From Perkinsus olseni (lineage: Eukaryota), in assembly GCA_013115125.1 (NCBI GenBank), contig JABANN010000207.1, positions 1 through 53,063 of the forward strand: DNA of 53,063 bases, in the 5' to 3' direction. Shown piece by piece: positions 28,441 to 41,216 of the stretch. A program made the translations under genes and the position numbers. Position 1 is the first letter of the stretch. Each line of letters starts with the position of its first letter. Below the pieces are notes generated by a model. The model worked only from the letters and a program-made list of their open reading frames with translations, was not told the DNA's origin and did no database searches.

Positions 28441-30481
28441 TGATGCCCTTCTCTTGGCGGCCCCTCTGACGGCGTTGCTTGTTAATGGCTGTTGCATGTA
28501 ACACTGCATGGGAGGTGGCATCAGAGACGCGGCTCGCAGCTATGGTGTCGTTACCTCGCCGTGGTAAAGTTAGATCAAAGGATGATACGAAGGACTTAGT
28601 TTAACCGAGTCGGCAGAATTCGACTGTTACGAGAAATTCCGCCGACTTGCGCAGTTCGGCTGAACCCAGCCTTGAAAATTGTTGTCGTGTCCTCTGTCGC
28701 CCGCCATGCAGTATATTGTGGTATATCTACTCACTGACAGCGAAACACGACTACACTCCCAGGCCAACGGCCTGAGGCTGTCACAAAGTTATGAGCCATT
28801 GTTGTTTCTGGCAGTTAGTTTTGAACCTCTGTATAAGGCAGCCTGCGGGCTCATCAGTTGCTCCCTTGGATCGTGGAAGTGGCATCCTGTTGCAAAAATC
28901 TGTTCAACATGGTGTGTCCCATTACTCATGAAGATGAAGTGGGAATGGACTGGGAGTGGATGACTGGATTGCGTTTTCGGTCTTCTTTGTATTGGAATCG
29001 AATTCTGGAATACCTCAGAGCTGTTCCTCTGTGACTGGCCTGTATGATGTAGAGTGCTGTTTGAGTCTATTCTAATCGAGTGAGTTTGCAGCTTTAGAGT
29101 TGTTCCTCTGTGACTGGCTTCATGCTCAAAGCAAGTTCAATGATACAGACCTGATGGAAGATCGACGGTCGTTGTTCCGTTGTTCGATCGTAGTCGTTGT
29201 CCCGTATGGTCGTAGTCGATCTTTGTGTCGAACAGCTAAGGTGCTTGAATCTTCAGCAGCTAAAGATAGACCTACTAGGGAATACCGACCACGGTGTTCG
29301 GTATCGGTGACTTGAGCATCATTTGTCATGATTCATGATGATTCCATCAACTCAGTGTGGACCCAATTACTACTCGTTCGTTTCCAGGTTTTTGTTTTTA
29401 CTCTCTTTGTGCGCTCCTCCCCATCCTCATTATGTGCTGTTACTTTTATCACAGGCAGTTGTGCATGTGGTGGTATTGCGACAGGCCTTCTCTGACATGG
29501 TGTATGCTACCAGTACATTGAGTTACTCGATTCGAGTACAAGCCGACGGCAAATTCCATGGGCCCAACAGATGGTAAGAGCGACGACGTGAATGACAGTG
29601 CTACTGCCGAGGATCGTTCGGTACAGTGACAACTCGTAGAAATTTCGTCCGTACAAGCTTGATCCGTACAGTTTCCATGTAGTGACAATCCGACGAAGTG
29701 TACGGATTGAATCCGTACACTGACGACTCGACACCGGCTAGGCTAGACGCTCATGCTCCAGCTTCGCTGTCCTTGCCATATCAGGGCTGTACCTCGGAGT
29801 CATACATGACACCGTGCCTTACCGAGGACGCGCCGCGGTATAAAGGCGGGCTTTTGTTTCTTCCCAACGTCTCTGATCGGCCTCCTATTCACTGAGAACA
29901 GTATCCGTCGAGCGATGGTGAGTTGTGGGTGCTGGGTGATTACGATGTTTGTTGCCACGCATCAGCGCCGCCGCATCACTACATGTTACCAACATACTAT
30001 GCAATGACAACACGAGGGCACACTTCAACCTGTTTCTTATCCTGTCCATCATTCCACGATATGGTGAAGGAAAGGTAGCTTTTGCAGCTACCGTTAACTA
30101 CCGTTACGGCACCGGCGTTACCAAGTCGTTGATTTCCTCCTTCACGCGTACCGGATGCCTCCATGAAGAGCGATAGTGGCATGCAACCGCCGCAGCTTTC
30201 TAACGCTGTTCGTTGCACTCCAAGTGTGGGTCCAGGAATGAGGATCACGTGGCAGATCGACCTACCAGCCTAAGTCCAGGATGGAAGGTTCTCCTACAGT
30301 GGCACGCGACCCGTGGAAGAAAACAGCGTTGCATTTGGGCGACATCTCCCTGACCATACGTTCTGCTTACCGTACGCGCACGCTGCCAAAGCTGTCAGGC
30401 ATATTATGGCTGTCTGTTGCGACGTCTTCAGCACGTCCTTGCCGTTTGTAGAGAGTCTTCTCTCTGACCATTCGAAATGCG

Positions 30482-31513
30482 ATGCATCTCTTTATGGTCG
30501 TTCTATCCCTCGCTGCCTCTCTCGGAGAGGACGATGGTGACCAATGTATGGCTAATTATGCACGGGAACGGTACTGGGAAGACGCTGACCAAACCTTCAT
30601 TAAGTTCTTCGCCGCTCGGGGCCCGGAGAGGTACAACTGCGGTGACAGCTACAACTACTTGAATGTGGCCGATGCCTCCACGAAGGGGACTATCCTTCAT
30701 CTCTTGGCATTGGCGAAGTTTATCGAGGATTTCCGTCAGGCTAGTAATAACCATGCGACGGTATACCTATACTATCAGGGTGGATCCAAAGAAGATGAAG
30801 CAGCTGGGGCTACCAATTTTGTGTACATCTTCGAATCGTTCGTCCGCAAGTTCGCGACTGATGAGATGGGATCCCTTGGCATCAGCTTCGACGTGAAGCT
30901 TAAGTTCGGCCCATACATGAAGTTACTCGACGGCGTTTTCCAGATGAAGGAGAGGCTGAAACAGCACAACTTGAAGTTCGGTGTGACAATTCCCTATGAC
31001 CAGGAGGGTGCTGTATATGTCGACAGGTTTATGACGAGGGCCGATCGTATAACAGTCATGACCTACGGCAACTATTTTGGTCTTCCTGTGAACATGATGA
31101 CACACTTCCTCAAGGACACTTGTGTCTACTGTCATAGTGTAAACTATAATACCCTCAAGGCTAAGATCACATTCATCGCTCAGGGCGACTGTGAAGACTC
31201 AAGTTTGTGTCCAAAAGCGACCATGTGCGCCTACAATAGTGACACCGCTCGGACTGCCTTTAGGGACTCCGGCTTCATGCCGGGAACCGCGGGCGGCTCC
31301 TATGAAGTGATGTTCTACGTCTATGAGCTGCTAAAGTATACCACCGACTATTTACGCGGTAACGTCACCCGCGAGAAGTGGTTCGATCACCTATTCAAGG
31401 AGCAAGGGACTCGTTTTGGTATTAGCGACTTCAAGTGGGCCGGATCCTTTTATGGCTCGCAAGTTGCGAAGTCTGTCGGACTAACCCAATGGATGAATAC
31501 CCACGCCTCGTGA
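30482..31513 (+). CDS. Secreted 343-aa protein, probably a divergent GH18-like TIM barrel lacking the catalytic Glu
   Basis: Intronless ORF with a signal peptide; LGISFDVK and ADRITVMTYG resemble GH18 DGxxxDxE and DxxxxMxYD. The CDS is solid; the fold assignment is tentative. Confidence 0.7.
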   Translation: MHLFMVVLSLAASLGEDDGDQCMANYARERYWEDADQTFIKFFAARGPERYNCGDSYNYLNVADASTKGTILHLLALAKFIEDFRQASNNHATVYLYYQGGSKEDEAAGATNFVYIFESFVRKFATDEMGSLGISFDVKLKFGPYMKLLDGVFQMKERLKQHNLKFGVTIPYDQEGAVYVDRFMTRADRITVMTYGNYFGLPVNMMTHFLKDTCVYCHSVNYNTLKAKITFIAQGDCEDSSLCPKATMCAYNSDTARTAFRDSGFMPGTAGGSYEVMFYVYELLKYTTDYLRGNVTREKWFDHLFKEQGTRFGISDFKWAGSFYGSQVAKSVGLTQWMNTHAS

Positions 31514-32850
31514 GGGAGTGCTATAAATGACTGTACAGTCCTACGCTTTTCTGTCATTTTTTCATCTAGCATCCTACGGTTAGACTTCGTACGTGAGTCT
31601 CTTTTAGGGTGCTGGAAAACATCATTTCATTCTGCATCGAAGTGTTACTACAGATATTCACTTCGTTCTTGAAGCTATTCTGTTCTACAGAGTCGCTATT
31701 GGCTCTTTCATGGGTGATTGAGCTACTGAGTATTGCTGTTCTGATGTTTCTTATATGTGATAATGCTGAGGGCTGAGAATGGTATCCTTAGTGTTTTCTC
31801 CACAGTTGCGCTGCTTTGCCATTAGCTATGCTGCCTACACAGTTGCACGCATACTCATGGCTTTCTTGGCGCCTCCCTTCACTCTTGTTTTACAGTCAAC
31901 TGAGGCTCATAACAATTCTCATTGCGTTCTGCTGCTTTTGTCTTGTGTGTACCAATTATGCCGCACGTCGGGACCATTATATAGAAGCACCAAGGCTGCT
32001 GCCGGAGTAGCCCCTAGTCCACGCTATCAGACGCCCGCTCTGTTATGACAGAATGGTCAGTGGGAGCTCATATCCCCGGAGCTCACCTGACGTGAAGGTT
32101 TTTGATAAATGCTCTACAGATAACATGCCGCCCTTTATTTCTTTTTCGTCTGGGGTTTCTCATAACTGGGATTAGCAGCGGAGAGCATCGGCGACAGCGT
32201 GGTAACTAGAAGGGATTGATAATTTCCCGAAGCAATATCTTCATATGATGAGGTTCATAATTGTAAGGAGTGCATGTGCTGAGGATAAGATGTAGCTTGT
32301 CTGGTAGTGAGCCGTTCACTGTGAACGCCTACGGCTGATCGACGACAGGGAACTTCGGGAGTAGAAAAATCTCACGCTCCCGTACAGCGAAGGAGATGTT
32401 TGGTTGTGCAATAAGCCATAGGAGGATCTTTCGCACAAATGAAGTTTGTGCAGATATTCGAGCGCTATTGATGATAAGTGTATGATGTTGGTTGTCTGGT
32501 GCTCACCAGTCTTAAACAGCGGATTTTTGCGCCGTTCCCAATTCAACCCCTCAATGTGGAGGTAGGAACAGAGCTTGTTTGAAACGCTGTGGGCAGTGCT
32601 CTTCCCTAGCAACCCTGGCCAGTTAGCCACATCTATTCATCCCGTCTTCTGCGTCATTGGGAATTTCCTGTCCGAAATCATTCCCCTGGTAGTCCGAGAA
32701 GCTCCTTCTGATAAGAAAGTCAATTGCCAAATTAGATCTCATTTTTATATGCTGCCCACCGGAGAGAGAACCGCAAAGAGAGTTCAACCACTCGAACGCT
32801 TCATATCGCATCACATGAACGTACCACGCGCACGGTCAGTAGAAATCATA

Positions 32851-33058
32851 CAGGTCACAGCTTCCCTAACAGTCAGCGGCACCATGGACGTGTTCGCGGC
32901 TGCTGTTGGTGATCGACTCGGGCCACGGACGGAGCTCATGCCTGGTGGCTTCGACGCTGCTGAACCTCCGGCGGTGGTCGGGGTGAGTGGACTGCAATGA
33001 GAACTCTCACTGACGCAGCCTGTGTACTCCCCTCAGGATGGAGGGCTCGTGGTCGCTC
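32851..33058 (+). repeat. Duplicated internal fragment of the B-box gene (copy of 27906-28112)
   Basis: Near-identical ~207-bp sequence including an exon, the following intron and the start of the next exon. Confidence 0.9.
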
Positions 33059-33761
33059 CCTTAGAATGCGCGCCAGTACTGGCAATACGGGTAGTGGTTG
33101 GTACGTAGTGGATCATGTACCCTTTCTAAGTACTCCAGTTGCCTTACCAGGCCTGCAATTCGGTACATTCTTGGTGACCAATACGGTTGCCCAGTTTCAA
33201 TCGACACAAAGCTGGCGCTCTGCCGGTGGCTGATGCTACGTCTCGATGAATCCCAGATTCTCGGCAATGTATGCCTTGTTTCGAATACATACTCGCATCG
33301 ATGAAGTAACCGCTCTCAGCGCGTAGGTTTGGACGGTAAGGTTCAGAGACTCTCCGACGGAGATTCTAACCTACAGGCTCGACGGTCATCATCAGGGTGT
33401 TATTGCATTCTACCGCGCATCCAAACGCTGATCGCGAGCCCTGCGCCCAGATGTCGCAAGCGTACTGTGCATACGCTGACCGTATTCGGCACGGCGTGCT
33501 GTCGAAGGCAAAACTTTCATCGCAGAGGGCCTGCAGTAGGATATCTCCTTGTATCATGATCCATTCCTTTTCATTGACGAATCAACATCACAGTTGTGGA
33601 AAGAAAAATTATGATGTCCGACTTCACGACGTAGATGTCGAAATACTGTAGGTTGAATACATCAAAGTGCTGATACGAATTAAGCTGTTTCAACAAATGG
33701 CTTTCAAGACTCTCAGACCCGCTGCTTAGCGCAACAAAAGTGTGGTATATCGTCTTCCTCG

Positions 33762-34796
33762 TCACGGCCCTGGCTTCAGCTTTTGCTTAATACCGTAGAT
33801 GAGGGAACGCGTATCCTCGGGCGGGAGGTCTGATCCCAGGTGCCAGGCCATGAGCCCGCCCAAGCCCTCGTTGTTGGATAAGTCGATCTTTTCTTGCAGG
33901 ATAGGCTGCGAGTCGAAGAAGTATCCCGCGAATGATCCGTTCCCCTTGGGGTCGGCGCCCATCTCAACAAGCTTGAAATACGTTATTTGCGTTCCAGCAC
34001 CGTTCTCGCCGTACAGAGGTACCTATGAAGTTCGTAGAATGAACGACGACCTACCCTCGCTTGACATGTACAGAGAGTTATCTCACCCCAAGAGCGAACT
34101 TGGCAGAAGGCAGACCTTGAACGTTTTTCCACTCGTTGACCATGTTCTTCACCCAATAAATGTTGGACTGGCCCCTTGGGTCGTTGTGGTTGTCGTATCC
34201 CATCCATTGTCTACCACACCACACAAGCCAATCCTCTTGTACAGGGCGTATGCGTTACCGATGCTGAAGGACGGACGATGCGACAACAGACCGATGTTAA
34301 GCTCGACTTACGCGACGCTCACATTAACATTCTTGCCGTTCTTCTTCACGTTCTCCTTCGTCCCCTTCATCAAATCTCGATATTTGTTCCACTCATCGGT
34401 ATTCCTTGGGAACTCCCAATCAAAATTGATACCATCGAACTTGTACTGCTCGACCATTTTGTTCGCGGAGCCGTAGAACTTCGAAAAGGCAGCCGGGCCG
34501 CCATTGATGAACGGAATGCTCTGCAGCACGAACGGGACCCTCGCACCGTGAGTGTCGGCAGCCTGGCGGGCCAACAGCAGTTCGTTCTCATTGGAGAAAG
34601 TCCTCGTTATCGTTGTATCGGCTGAGACGGAGAATCCCACAAAGATGAGCTCCGTGACGCCTGCGTTGAAGATATCGTCGAAATAGGAGACATTCCTAGT
34701 GACTGGGAGGTCTTCGCCTATGAAGTAGGCGTAGAATTCGAACGCCTTGGTCTGCGATACGACGGCAGCCAGCAGAAGGTAGCAGATGGTTGCCAT
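33762..34796 (-). pseudogene. GH18 chitinase, three exons, frameshifted
   Basis: Signal peptide, FDGINFDWEFP catalytic motif, KFALG/VPLYG, GLGGLMAW. Exon 2 lacks 7 nt (near 34207) relative to the paralog at 40360, which shifts the frame. Confidence 0.85.
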
Positions 34797-34910
34797 CGCT
34801 GTAGGCCAACGTGGTGCACGAAGGAAATCTGAATAGACGCCGTGCAAGGAGACATTCTGGTGGTTGCATAATTCGGTGCGCTGGCTACCAGCCGAAGCCC
34901 ATTTTCAGAG

Positions 34911-35045
34911 AACGATAAACCACATGGATAATCCATGTGGTTTATCGTTGTGTTGGCTCACTGTGCCGACTGTGCCACTGGCCGATTGCCTTCACACTGT
35001 GCCGCTGAAGGCAATCCATGATGGATTGCCTTCAGCGGCACAGTG
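34911..35045. repeat. Paired long hairpins (19-1-19 and 25-1-25) sharing target 8-mer CATGGATT
   Basis: Perfect palindromes at 34911-34949 (centre A) and 34995-35045 (centre G), with patchwork filler between them. Confidence 0.85.
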
Positions 35046-36662
35046 CATGTCCCCATGGCTACTATGTGGTCTGGCTGGGAGAATTAACGCACCAGGTAGA
35101 CTACAACTCAGTACAGCGTGGCCCTTGGAGGCAGAACTCGAAAGATGAGGAAACTGAGCTCATTGCGGATTTAGAGTGATCGTATGTTCGATAGCATGAC
35201 AAGGAATGCGCGCGACTGCTGGGACGAACAGACGTACAGCGAGCAACGGCGCACAGGGAGTAGTGTGGGTACGCAGCAGCAGAGGAGGTGCTTACTATCA
35301 TAGTGCACATGTGCAGCCCAAGGGGCAAGCGAAGTTAGAGCTAGCGAAGGGTCTTCCGTTGATATATGCCCTGCGAAGTTTTGACGAACGCGTTGGTTGA
35401 TCTGTAGCGATGGGGCATCACGCCCACAAGCTAGCCCCACGTGCAAGAGGCTTTTCGGTCTGGGCATGTGAGGTCGAGTGTATCCAGTTGTCCAGCGTGC
35501 GAGAATCCGTCTTAAACCCTGCGATGCTGCTGGATTGATTCGCTGGTCAGTTGCATGTGATGAATACACTATGGTCACCCGTTGAACAAAGAGCAGTTCG
35601 AAGCATAAAAGACCGTTGCACTCTCTTGGGCACTCGAATCAACGTTCAGAGCTCCGATAAACCGGTCTACGCCGAAAAAAGGGCAAGATTAGCGATGGGA
35701 GTCTCCACGCACGAGAAGCTCCCTCCACTGAGGAGGTTACTCAATTCGAAGACCAGCGCTTCACGATTATCCTTGAACTCGCCCTGGGATGGGGGTTTAC
35801 GCAGCTAGAGGGTGTAAGCTGTCCCGTGCACCAGGAACATGAGAGTCCCCTCTCAGTGCTGACACTGACGGATTGAGACACTATGCAGCCGCATGAACAA
35901 CTCGACGAGTTGCTAGAGTAAATTATTATTCATCAAATCTTGTGGTTCTGGAAGGAAATCGACAACGAGTCTGACGAATCTACTCGTACTAGGTAGAGTA
36001 CGTTGATCATGGAGTAGTCGACACATAAGAGGGCTACCACCAACTCGTGCTACATACTCCGATTGTTATTAAAACTCCGATGAATGGAGCCTCCTCGTCG
36101 ATCAAGATGAATGACGATTCGCGTGACTCCGACTTCGACAATCTAATTCCTAGACCGCTGTACCAGAGAGTCCAAACCCAAAGTCCTCCACAGTGCGGAG
36201 TCCACACGGAAAGCTGGATCTCATTGGCTGCAGCCTCGGAAAAGGTAATGCTCAGTTCCTGTAGGGGCTGCAACACAGAATTCGAGAGTACTCCATGCCT
36301 CCCAGCTGTCGTCGGATCAGATAGAGCCTTCCATATCTGTTAGTTTGGAGCCCGTCAGACGTAACTTGATTCGGAAACCTCTGACCGCTCGAAATAAGCT
36401 TGAGTCGGCTGTCGAACATGGAGAATCTCGACGGAGGCCCCACCATGAGGATGCTTCCTCCAAACAGACATGATCCTTGAGGCATCGCGATACGATTCTT
36501 GCATTTTTCCTCAAGCAAGATTACATCACCTGTGTTCATCCCTACCATCCAAGTCTGCTGCGAGAAGCTCAATGAAAATACCAGACGCAGTGCCATTACG
36601 CTCTACTCCGAAGAAAACGTAATCAGCCGGGGAGGTCATTCTTCGTGGGAACTTCCCTCCTA

Positions 36663-36745
36663 CTACACCTTTTAAAGGCCCATTTCGCGATCAGTAAGAT
36701 CAATTTCGCAGGGCGAGCGATTACCCGCGCCTAGATATGCCTTAG
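36663..36745 (+). repeat. Dispersed ~83-bp repeat (second copy at 51626-51708)
   Basis: CTACACCTTTTAAAGGCC...GATATGCCTTAG occurs twice with 4 substitutions. Confidence 0.85.
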
Positions 36746-36981
36746 CCGGTAGCTCTGAACGAGGACCGACGTGCACCACGTCGGTCGCTCTGAAGTGTCA
36801 AGCATTGTGGGTCTCCTGGAAGACTCATGGCGATAACCTCCTTAGATGACTGTCGTAGACGGAGAAGGTCGGACCGCGCCCGAACATGAGGAGGCCCCTC
36901 CGACGATAGCTGCTGCCTCTTCATTCATTGTGACTCGATTCCTGCTCTTCTCTTTGAAGACGATACAGCCCGCCAGCCTTC

Positions 36982-37680
36982 TCATCTCCAGTCTAACGGG
37001 GTGGCAAGTGCTTTCTCGCTGTAGATAACATCCAAAATCAATGGTGATGCTGATACTGGATCGAGGCCCAGCAACCTAACGTCTTGATGATAGCTCCGCC
37101 AAATAACAGTCATGTTGCCCTCCATACCTCTATGTAGGACCTCAACGGGCTTTGAGTAACCCCTGCGCCTCCACACTACTCCAAGGAAGATATGACCAGC
37201 GATGGCAGCCATCGGACGAGGGAGCTACAGTGCGCCACTGAGACTGGAAAAGCTCAGTGTCTTGTTGACCGTGCGGGCCTTCATGTCATAGTCAATTAAG
37301 GATGGTGTACCCCCAAGCGAGGGAGCTGGAGATGGTCCACCGTTATCATGTATCATGTAGAGGTGAGCAGCCTCGGGGTCGTAGTAGAAAGTTGCGCCAT
37401 AGTGAAACCCATAGCGAGGGTCAGGGCTTTCCACTAGGGAGATGGGGCTTCCCTGAATAGATATCGGAGACAACGCCGTCACGGATGGAGATGAATTTGG
37501 GGAAATCTCGCATGCTGATGATAATCTCCCCTACGGGATGGTCCAAGGCTAGGGCAGGTTTGGGTATGTAGGCCATAATATCACACATCAACTCCGGTAG
37601 TGGCCGACGACTGTCGACTCCTTCCACACACTTCCAACCATCTCAACATGGAGGGCGTCAACGTGGGCAGGTAAGAGCAT
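36982..37680 (-). pseudogene. Degenerate member of a lineage-expanded family with an F-box-like N-terminus
   Basis: MLLPAHVDALHVEMVGSVWKEST.. then, in another frame, LPELMCDIMAYIPKP, followed by beta-rich fragments split over several frames. Confidence 0.35.
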
Positions 37681-38464
37681 CGGGATCGGAAGGAGGGATA
37701 CCCTGGATGTCTTGATGCAAGTCAACATGCGCAAACGAACGCCGTACGCATGCACAAATCTCATGCGGTCAAAAAACTCGTACACAGACCATCGACGGGT
37801 CAACCTCCTCATCTGGTGCTGAGTGATAGGCCGTCAATACAAGCTGAAGTGAACCGTGATGATGTCCTTGAGGTGCGGCCCATGAGTCCCACAAGAACTG
37901 CTGCATTCTCTTTCACAGTTTTCACAGCCTCTACTCCCATCTCACATGTTAGAGCACCTCATGTTCGAGATGATCGCGACCACCTCACCACAATTGCATA
38001 TTCACGCACGATACCAGATGGATGACGCGTGAGGCAACTCAAGGAGACGCATAGACAGAGATGATGACGTGACGACTAGAACGAAAGGACAGCATTTCCT
38101 GAGCAGAGCACCCTGTTAGTAGTCGATGTGACAGCGGACTCGTAGTGCCAGGTGAGGGTGGGTGAGAAGAAGACAACTGCATCTGTCGGAAACCCATAGA
38201 CGCTGAGGTTGGGAGAGGCATACTCGAAACCAGAACCCGCGAGAGGGGACACCAGACCATCAAACTCCAAAACCCGAGCCACTCCGGGTCCCCCAACGTC
38301 AAGGGAATGGGAGGGATGGGAAAGAGCTATAACACTTCTTTGTACATCCACCAACACCTCCATATATTACTCCACGACTAACTCACTAGCCAGTCATCGG
38401 GTGCCACAGCCCGCTCAAACTTTCGCGCTCGCCCGGGCCGCACACACAAGGGTGATCCTAATCA

Positions 38465-38486
38465 CTTCGAAGTTCGAAGTTCGAAC
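38465..38486. repeat. Direct-inverted-direct 22-nt scar (target CTTCGAAC)
   Basis: CTTCGAA+GTTCGAAG+TTCGAAC, exact; the core is self-complementary, so it also resembles a 7-bp tandem repeat. Confidence 0.65.
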
Positions 38487-38616
38487 CACAGCTAGGGGTT
38501 TCCCCCACAAGAAATCGTTCCGCATTTCTCTACGATGGAATTTGGGAGTGAGGCAGGTGCCATGCTAGAGCTTGGCATTACTATACCGTTCAGCAGCCTA
38601 TTTGCCGGATAAGGCT

Positions 38617-38876
38617 GCCTATATGGGGGTCGAGGATATCATCGCATTAGCAAATTGGCGGTAGGGCCGTAGCCTATATGGGGGTCGAGGATATCATCGC
38701 ATTAGCAAATTGGCGGTAGGGCCGTAGCCTATATGGGGGTCGAGGNNNNNNNNNNNNNNNNNNNNNNNNNNNNNNNNNNNNNNNNNNNNNNNNNNNNNNN
38801 NNNNNNNNNNNNNNNNNNNNNNNNNNNNNNNNNNNNNNNNNNNGGATATCATCGCATTAGCAAATTGGCGGTAGGG
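38617..38876. repeat. 55-bp minisatellite spanning an assembly gap
   Basis: Unit GCCTATATGGGGGTCGAGGATATCATCGCATTAGCAAATTGGCGGTAGGGCCGTA starts at 38617, 38672 and 38727 and resumes after the N-run. Confidence 0.9.
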
Positions 38877-39556
38877 TCGAGATGAGGGAATGCAATTGGA
38901 TGCGGATAGAGAAGTCGTTTCAGCGGGAGGCCTCAAATAAGGAGGTCAATTTCGCCGATGAAGATATCAATTTCGGAGATCAACTTTGACCTGAAATGTT
39001 CGGGCATATAACTCCGCACGATCTATTCCCGTGCGATTTCACTGATTCCTCTACATGTGATACCCTGATGCGCTTCACGGCAATTCATGTCATATTGCCC
39101 CACTCTTGCCAGGCCCCACTTGAGCCATGCAACGCGCGTGTTCTATAACTGACTACATACTCACAAGTTCCAATATCTTCAACACCAGTTTGATCATCAC
39201 TTTCAGCGCGTAGTACTGGATGGTACATTCGGAGACTCCCCGACGGAGAGTCTACCCCGACTTCCATCGTCAGCTTGCCGTGCCGTTATTGCATTCTAGG
39301 CCCCCAGGTGCCTTCTTCGACAGCGCCTCGGAGAAAATGTTGCTTGTTCTGCTCCTCGTTCACACGTGCACATATTCTTCACTTCGAAGGTGAGCCCAGG
39401 ATTAACTTCTCCGAGAAAGATCCTGTGAAGCCCTCCGTCTCGTTGACAGTGAACGCTCGAGAACACTAGTACTGGGCATATACCGACCGAGCACATGTCA
39501 ACGCTACAGAAGGTCTCCAACTGAGCACATCGGCAACCTGCCGACGGCAAGGGTCT

Positions 39557-39605
39557 GACTGAGCCGGCTGACCGAGCCGGCTGACTGAGCCGGCTGACTA
39601 GCCGG
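39557..39605. repeat. 13-bp tandem repeat (GACTGAGCCGGCT, ~3.7 copies)
   Basis: Directly visible; each unit contains the palindrome AGCCGGCT. Confidence 0.8.
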
Positions 39606-39914
39606 TTGCGGCTAGGCGGAACCGGCGTTGGAATATAAACTGACACACCGAGCTGTCGTACGGTTGCATCGCGGAATGCTTGCAGTACAAGGTCTTCTTG
39701 TATCGTGAACCATTCCTTTCCGCTGCCGAAATCAAAATCACAATTGATGAAGAGAAAATTTCGTAGCCAGACTTCACCAAGTAGTTGGCGAAATAATACT
39801 GTAGCTTAAATACATCAAAGTGGTAATACGAATAGAACTGGTTGAATAAATTGTTTTTAGGACTATCATACCCGATGCTAGGGTGCAACAAAGTGGGATG
39901 AATCGTCTTCCTCG

Positions 39915-40503
39915 TCAAGGCCCTGGCTTCAGCTTTTGCTTAATGGCATAGATGAGGGAGCGCGTATCCTCAGGCAGAAGATCGCACCTCAGACGAAAGG
40001 CCATGAGTCCGCCCAAGCCCTCGTTGTTGCATAAGTCGATCTTTTCTTGCAGGATAGGCTGCGAGTCGAAGAAGTATCCCGCGAATGATCCGTTCCCCTT
40101 AGGGTCGGCGCCCATCTCAACAAGCTGGAAATAATTTATTTGCGTTTCAGCACCGTTCTCGCCGTACAGAGGTACCTATGAAGTTCATAGTATGAACGAC
40201 GACCTACCCTCCCTTGACATGTACAGAGAGTTATCTCACCCCAAGAGCGAACTTGGCGGGTGGCAGACCTTGAACGTTTTTCCACTCGTTGACCATGTTC
40301 TTCACCCAATAAATGTTGGAGTGACCTCTGGTGTCGCCGCAGTTGTCGTATCCCATCCACAGGCACTTGTCCACCACACCACACAAGCCAATGCTCTTGT
40401 ACAGGGCGTATGAGTTACCGATGCTGAAGGACGGGCTATGCGACAACAGACCGATGTTAAACTCGACTTACGCGACGCTCACATTAACATTCCTGCCGCT
40501 CTT
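39915..40503 (-). pseudogene. 5'-truncated GH18 chitinase paralog
   Basis: Highly similar to 33762-34340, including both introns and the 3' flank (39690-39915 vs 33540-33762). Similarity stops near 40503, so the signal peptide and DxxDxE motif are absent. Confidence 0.85.
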
Positions 40504-41216
40504 TGATATCGTATTAGATGCTACCAAGTCATTCGGTTCAACCGAGTCGGTTGGTGTGGCATAGGAGAGTGTAGGGATGTAAGTCGGCGTTGAAGTTGGC
40601 TCAACTCTAGTATATTAGTGGCGGCGGTTTGCACTCCTCCTCACTGGCTCATCATACACCCCGTTCCGCCTGGTTCCTGGAAGAGCAATACTCTCTTTCT
40701 GAATAGAGGGTGTGTTTCCTCTCCTGGTGAAGATACCCGGTAGAGTCTGCCACCCCAGATGATCATTCTCGAGTGGGCTCGGGGAGGGATCGATGTTTCT
40801 CACGTTCAATGCGGAGAACTTTCTCGAGGCGAAGCGTTCGGAAACAAGAGGGAAACGGCAGTTTCGATATAATCGCGGCGCGATCGTCGCGCCGTTTACA
40901 CTCCATGCAAGCTGGACCAATCTCAATCATCAGGCTAGCTAATACCGACCCTATCGACTAAGTTGTTCATCGCTCATCCCTCATCCAACCACAAGAACAC
41001 AACATAAGGAGTAACAAAGAGAAAAAATTTCGAGTAACCGGCGAGACCGGATAATGAAAATGTCGTCGTCCAAAATTTCGTCGAAATGTAATTACCCTTC
41101 ATTATATTTGAAAAACCCGCGACCACCACCTGGAAGGGTTGCGCGTAGCTACGCATGCCCCTCTCTTAATGGTGGCTTGTTAGAAGGCTTAGAAGTTCGC
41201 AGTGCGCATCATTGAC

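Noticed and set aside
38617-38876. CRISPR-like array
   Set aside because: Head-to-tail identical units with no unique spacers, no cas genes, and a eukaryotic context.
38566-39130. Candidate hAT MITE with TIR TAGAGCTTGGCA ... TGCCAGGCCCCA
   Set aside because: The ends match at only 9 of 12 positions and the putative TSD (GCCATGC) is offset from the right end.
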